Assembly: GCF_009914755.1 (NCBI RefSeq)
Contig: NC_060945.1
Source of the DNA: the human T2T-CHM13v2.0 reference genome, Homo sapiens
Reading direction: 5' to 3' (one strand)
Length of the DNA stretch: 64,000 nt
Shown here in pieces: positions 59,814 through 64,000 of this stretch. Under the pieces are notes generated by a model, which was not told the origin of the DNA, ran no database searches, and saw nothing but the letters and a program-made list of their open reading frames with translations. Position numbers and translations under genes: made by a program. Numbering within the stretch: position 1 is the stretch's first letter; the number at the start of each line of letters is the position of its first letter.

Positions 59814-62800
59814 TTTTTTTTTTTTTTAAGCGCAACGCAACATGTCTGCCTTATTTGAGTGGCTTCCTATATCATTATAATTGTGTTATAGATGAAGAAA
59901 CGGTATTAAACACTGTGCTAATGATAGTGAAAGTGAAGACAAAAGAAAGGCTATCTATTTTGTGGTTAGAATAAAGTTGCTCAGTATTTAGAGCTACCTA
60001 AATACGTCAGCATTTACACTCTTCCTAGTAAAAGCTGGCCAATCTGAATAATCCTCCTTTAAACAAACACAATTTTTGATAGGGTTAAGATTTTTTTAAG
60101 AATGCGACTCCTGCAAAATAGCTGAACAGACGATACACATTTAAAAAAATAACAACACAAGGATCAACCAGACTTGGGAAAAAATCGAAAACCACACAAG
60201 TCTTATGAAGAACTGAGTTCTTAAAATAGGACGGAGAACGTAGCTATCGGAAGAGAAGGCAGTATTGGCAAGTTGATTGTTACGTTGGTCAGCAGTAGCT
60301 GGCACTATCTTTTTGGCCATCTTTCGGGCAATGTAACTACTACAGCAAAATGAGATATGATCCATTAAACAACATATTCGCAAATCAAAAAGTGTTTCAG
60401 TAATATAATGCTTCAGATTTAGAAGCAAATCAAATGATAGAACTCCACTGCTGTAATAAGTCACCCCAAAGATCACCGTATCTGACAAAATAACTACCAC
60501 AGGGTTATGACTTCAGAATCATACTTTCTCTTGATATTTACTTATGTATGTATTTATTTTTTTTAATTTATTTCTCTTGAGACGGCGTCTCGCTCTGTCG
60601 CCCAGGCTGGAGTGCGATGGTGTGATCTCGGCTCACTGCAACCGCCACCTCCCTGGGTTCAAGCGATTCTCCTGCCTCAGCCTCCCGAGTAGCTGGGACT
60701 ACAGGTGCCCGCCACCACGCCCAGCTAATCTTTATACTTTTAATAGAGACGGGGTTTCACCGTGTCGGCCCGGATGGTCTCGATCTCTTGACCTCGTGAC
60801 CCGCCCGCCTCGGCCTCCCAAAGTGCTGGGATGACAGGCGTGAGCCACTGAGCCCGGCCTTCTCTTGACGTTTAAACTATGAAGTCAGTCCAGAGAAACG
60901 CAATAAATGTCAACGGTGAGGATGGTGTTGAGGCAGAAGTAGGACCACACTTTTTCCTATCTTATTCAGTTGATAACAATATGACCTAGGTAGTAATTTC
61001 CTATGTGCCTACTTATACACGAGTACAAAAGAGTAAAACAGAGAGACTGCTAAATTAAAGGGTACGTGAAGTTCTTCATAGTAACTCCGTAAACTGGAAC
61101 ACTGTCAAAAAGCAGCAGCTAGTGAATTGTTTCCATGTATTTTTCTATGATCCAATAAGTGAACTATGCTATTCCTTTCCAGTCTCCCAAGCACTTCTTG
61201 TCCCCATCACCACTTCGGTGCTCGAAGAAAAAGTAACAAATCAAGGAACACAACTAAAGAAACACACACACAAACCAAAGACAACTACAGCGTCTGCAAA
61301 AGTTTGCTAGAAGACTGAAACTGTTGAGTATAAGGATCTGGTATTCTACGATCATGAGTTCACTTCAGAGTTTGTTCAAGACATACGTTTCGTAAGGAAA
61401 CATCTTAGTTAGAAGTTATTCAGCAGTAGGTACCATCCCTAAGTATTTTTCACCAAATTCGTGACAATAAAGAGCTATCTAACCAGAAAAATTAGCGAGT
61501 ACCGGCACCATCCATAGGGCTTTGTCTTTACGCTTCATTAGCACTTACCATGCCTTACAATGTCTAGGATTGACCCTGATAGCATTTCGAAAACAAGCTA
61601 ATGCTTTGTCCAGTTCTTCAGTGAAGACAAGCTCACGCCCTAATGCGCTATAGGCATAAGCATCATTTGGATCCACTTCGAGAGTTCTCTGGAAGAATTG
61701 AATCGCAATATCGTGTTCCCGTTGCAGACCGAAACAGTTCCCTGCAGCACACCAGGCCTCTGGCTGGCGAATTTTTATCCATGTCTGTGAAGTCTTTGGA
61801 CAGAACTGAAAGAGCAACCTCTTTCGGAGGATGCCAAAGTGTTGTAGAGTAGATCTCCATGCCTTCGACTCTGTAATTCTCAATCCTCCTAACCTCTGAG
61901 AATTGTCTTTCAGCTTGCGTGGACTCTGAAAGTTTACAATAGGCCCTTCCGATTTGGCACAGTACCCAACCGGTATTGCGGTGGTGAGAAGCTAGATGGC
62001 TCAAGATGCTGATAGCTTCTTTGCCGTGGTAAGAACACAAAGCTAAATAACCTTTCCCCCTTTCACGAAGAAGGCTCATCAAGCCTTCCGCTGCTGCTTT
62101 TTGTAGATTAAAAGCCTGAATCTGAGGCGCGATTGCGGCTATTTTCCCTTCTGAAATGACGGAAGAGTCCAATTTTGTCACTTCCAGGCTATCACTTATG
62201 TTCGGTGGAGTTATTGCTCCTTTATTAGTTTTACTTTTGGTTCTTCTGTTTGGGATTTTAGGTGGAAACTTCATTTTTAATTTTCTCCTATTCTCCTCGG
62301 TTGTGGAGCTGTCACTAGTCAAGAGTCGTGAATGTCTTCGAGGCGGTGCATTTGGGGGAGATGCCATAGTGGGGCTCAATACCTGAGGTGTTGCCCTTGT
62401 CGGCGGACCAGAACTTTGTGTTTTTGCAAGGACTGGAGTTACCTTTCGGCTCTTTCCCCTCTGCGAGAAGACAGACGGTGTTCCGGTTTGGCCGATTCTG
62501 GCAACAGGCTTTTTTGAAGGGGCTCCGGTGGATGGCACGTCAATGACAGACGGTGTCTCATACCAGTGCAGTTTTGTCAATAGGGTCCGTCTCCGGGACT
62601 TGGGGTTTCTAATGGCAAAATGCCAACACTTGGGGTTAATGGACTAACAGCTGCTGGTCCTCCTAATAAACTTCGACCAGTTTTTGGTTTATGTTGAACC
62701 TGTTTAGATCATATGGAAGTTCCTGTTCCCAGTGGGACAGTATCAGGTGAAAGGACAGCTGAATCGATAGAAGACACTGGGGAGTCTGTATTCAAGGAGT

Positions 62801-63606
62801 ACTTTGAATTGGAAGATTCTAAATTCCATCCGTTTCATTCGACGGTGTCCTGGGGTGTTTCCGTAAGAACGGTCTCGGGCTGTCTGTGACATAAACTAGG
62901 ACGAGGTCCAAGTGTTGTGGCGCAACACTTGGACAGGCAGTTGCTAAAGCTCTCTAGAGAGGTGAATCAAAATGTTTGGTCAGGATCTGGCTTTTCCCCC
63001 CTATTTCACATCATGATTCAAAGGGACACCAGAGGAAAGGATTTCAACGAAGGCTCTTTTGGTCACATTCTGATCCTTTGGTAAGCCGATCTGTCTTGCA
63101 ATATACATGTCCCGACGATGGAAGGGGAAAGCGAGCTGAATCACCAAACTCAGGAACGATAATATCATCGTGGCTTTTCTGCTTATGAAACACTCCACCC
63201 GATAAGATTTGATCCCCTTCTGCAAGCTTGCTGAGATCAACACAACATTTCGCAAGCAGGCATTTGCATTGCGGGGTAGTACAACTGTGTCCTTTCAAGA
63301 GTCTATATGTTTTATAGGCCTTTCCTGAGCGGTAAGAACAGGTCGCCAGTAAGAACAAGGCTTCTTCTGAGTGTACTTCTGCATAAAGGCGTTCTGCGGG
63401 GGAAACCGCATCTCGGTAGGCATAGTGGTTTAGTGCTTGCCATATAGCAGCCTGGACGGGTCCCTGCAGCACCGCCATCCTCGAGGCTCAGGCCCACTTT
63501 CTGCAGTGCCACAGGCACCCCCCCCCCCCATAGCGGCTCCGGCCCGGCCAGCCCCGGCTCATTTAAAGGCACCAGCCGCCGTTACCGGGGGATGGGGGAG
63601 TCCGAG
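59814..63606 (-). pseudogene. CDC27P: CDC27 processed pseudogene, copy in the next rDNA unit
   Basis: Same sequence and ORFs as 15,027-18,819, shifted by 44,787. Confidence 0.92.
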
Positions 63607-64000
63607 ACAGAATGACTTCTTTATCCTGCTGACTCTGGAAAGCCCGGCGCCTTGTGATCCATTGCAAACCGAGAGTCACCTCGTGTTTAGAACACGGATC
63701 CACTCCCAAGTTCAGTGGGGGGATGTGAGGGGTGTGGCAGGTAGGACGAAGGACTCTCTTCCTTCTGATTCGGTCTGCACAGTGGGGCCTAGGGCTGGAG
63801 CTCTCTCCGTGCGGACCGCTGACTCCCTCTACCTTGGGTTCCCTCGGCCCCACCCTGGAACGCCGGGCCTTGGCAGATTCTGGCCCTTCCTGGCCCTTCA
63901 GTCGCTGTCAGAAACCCCATCTCATGCTCGGATGCCCCGAGTGACTGTGGCTCGCACCTCTCCGGAAACATTGGAAATCTCTCCTCTACGCGCGGCCACC

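Overview
Human ribosomal DNA (45S rDNA) tandem array with a period of 44,787 bp (position 1 recurs at 44,788). The window holds the distal IGS of one unit (1-25,973), one complete + strand 47S transcription unit (TSS 25,974; 5'ETS, 18S 29,614-31,482, ITS1, 5.8S 32,560-32,716, ITS2, 28S 33,888-38,954, 3'ETS), a Sal-box terminator field with three R repeats, and most of the next IGS (to 64,000). The IGS has the known human architecture: Alu clusters, a tandem ~4.45-kb Long/Butterfly repeat, CT-rich blocks, a CDC27 retro-pseudogene, the RGC p53 site, and upstream CTCF, Tsp and T0 elements. There are no genuine protein-coding genes; the long ORFs come from low-complexity or GC-rich sequence. The locus is well studied, so I do not claim a confirmed new system. 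The three best leads are: (1) a recurrent TTA>TGA / TAA>TCA substitution signature seen independently in the CDC27 retrocopy, in about 15 of 18 Alu 5' ends and in an L1 fragment; (2) the CDC27 retrocopy appears to be a ~3.8-kb TSD-flanked copy of an intronically polyadenylated, truncated transcript; (3) a diverged duplicated module (CTCF-like plus RFX X-box-like motifs) at -15 kb and -4.9 kb, co-oriented with the promoter-proximal CTCF site. Comparisons with parental CDC27, Alu and L1 consensus rely on recall and need real alignments.
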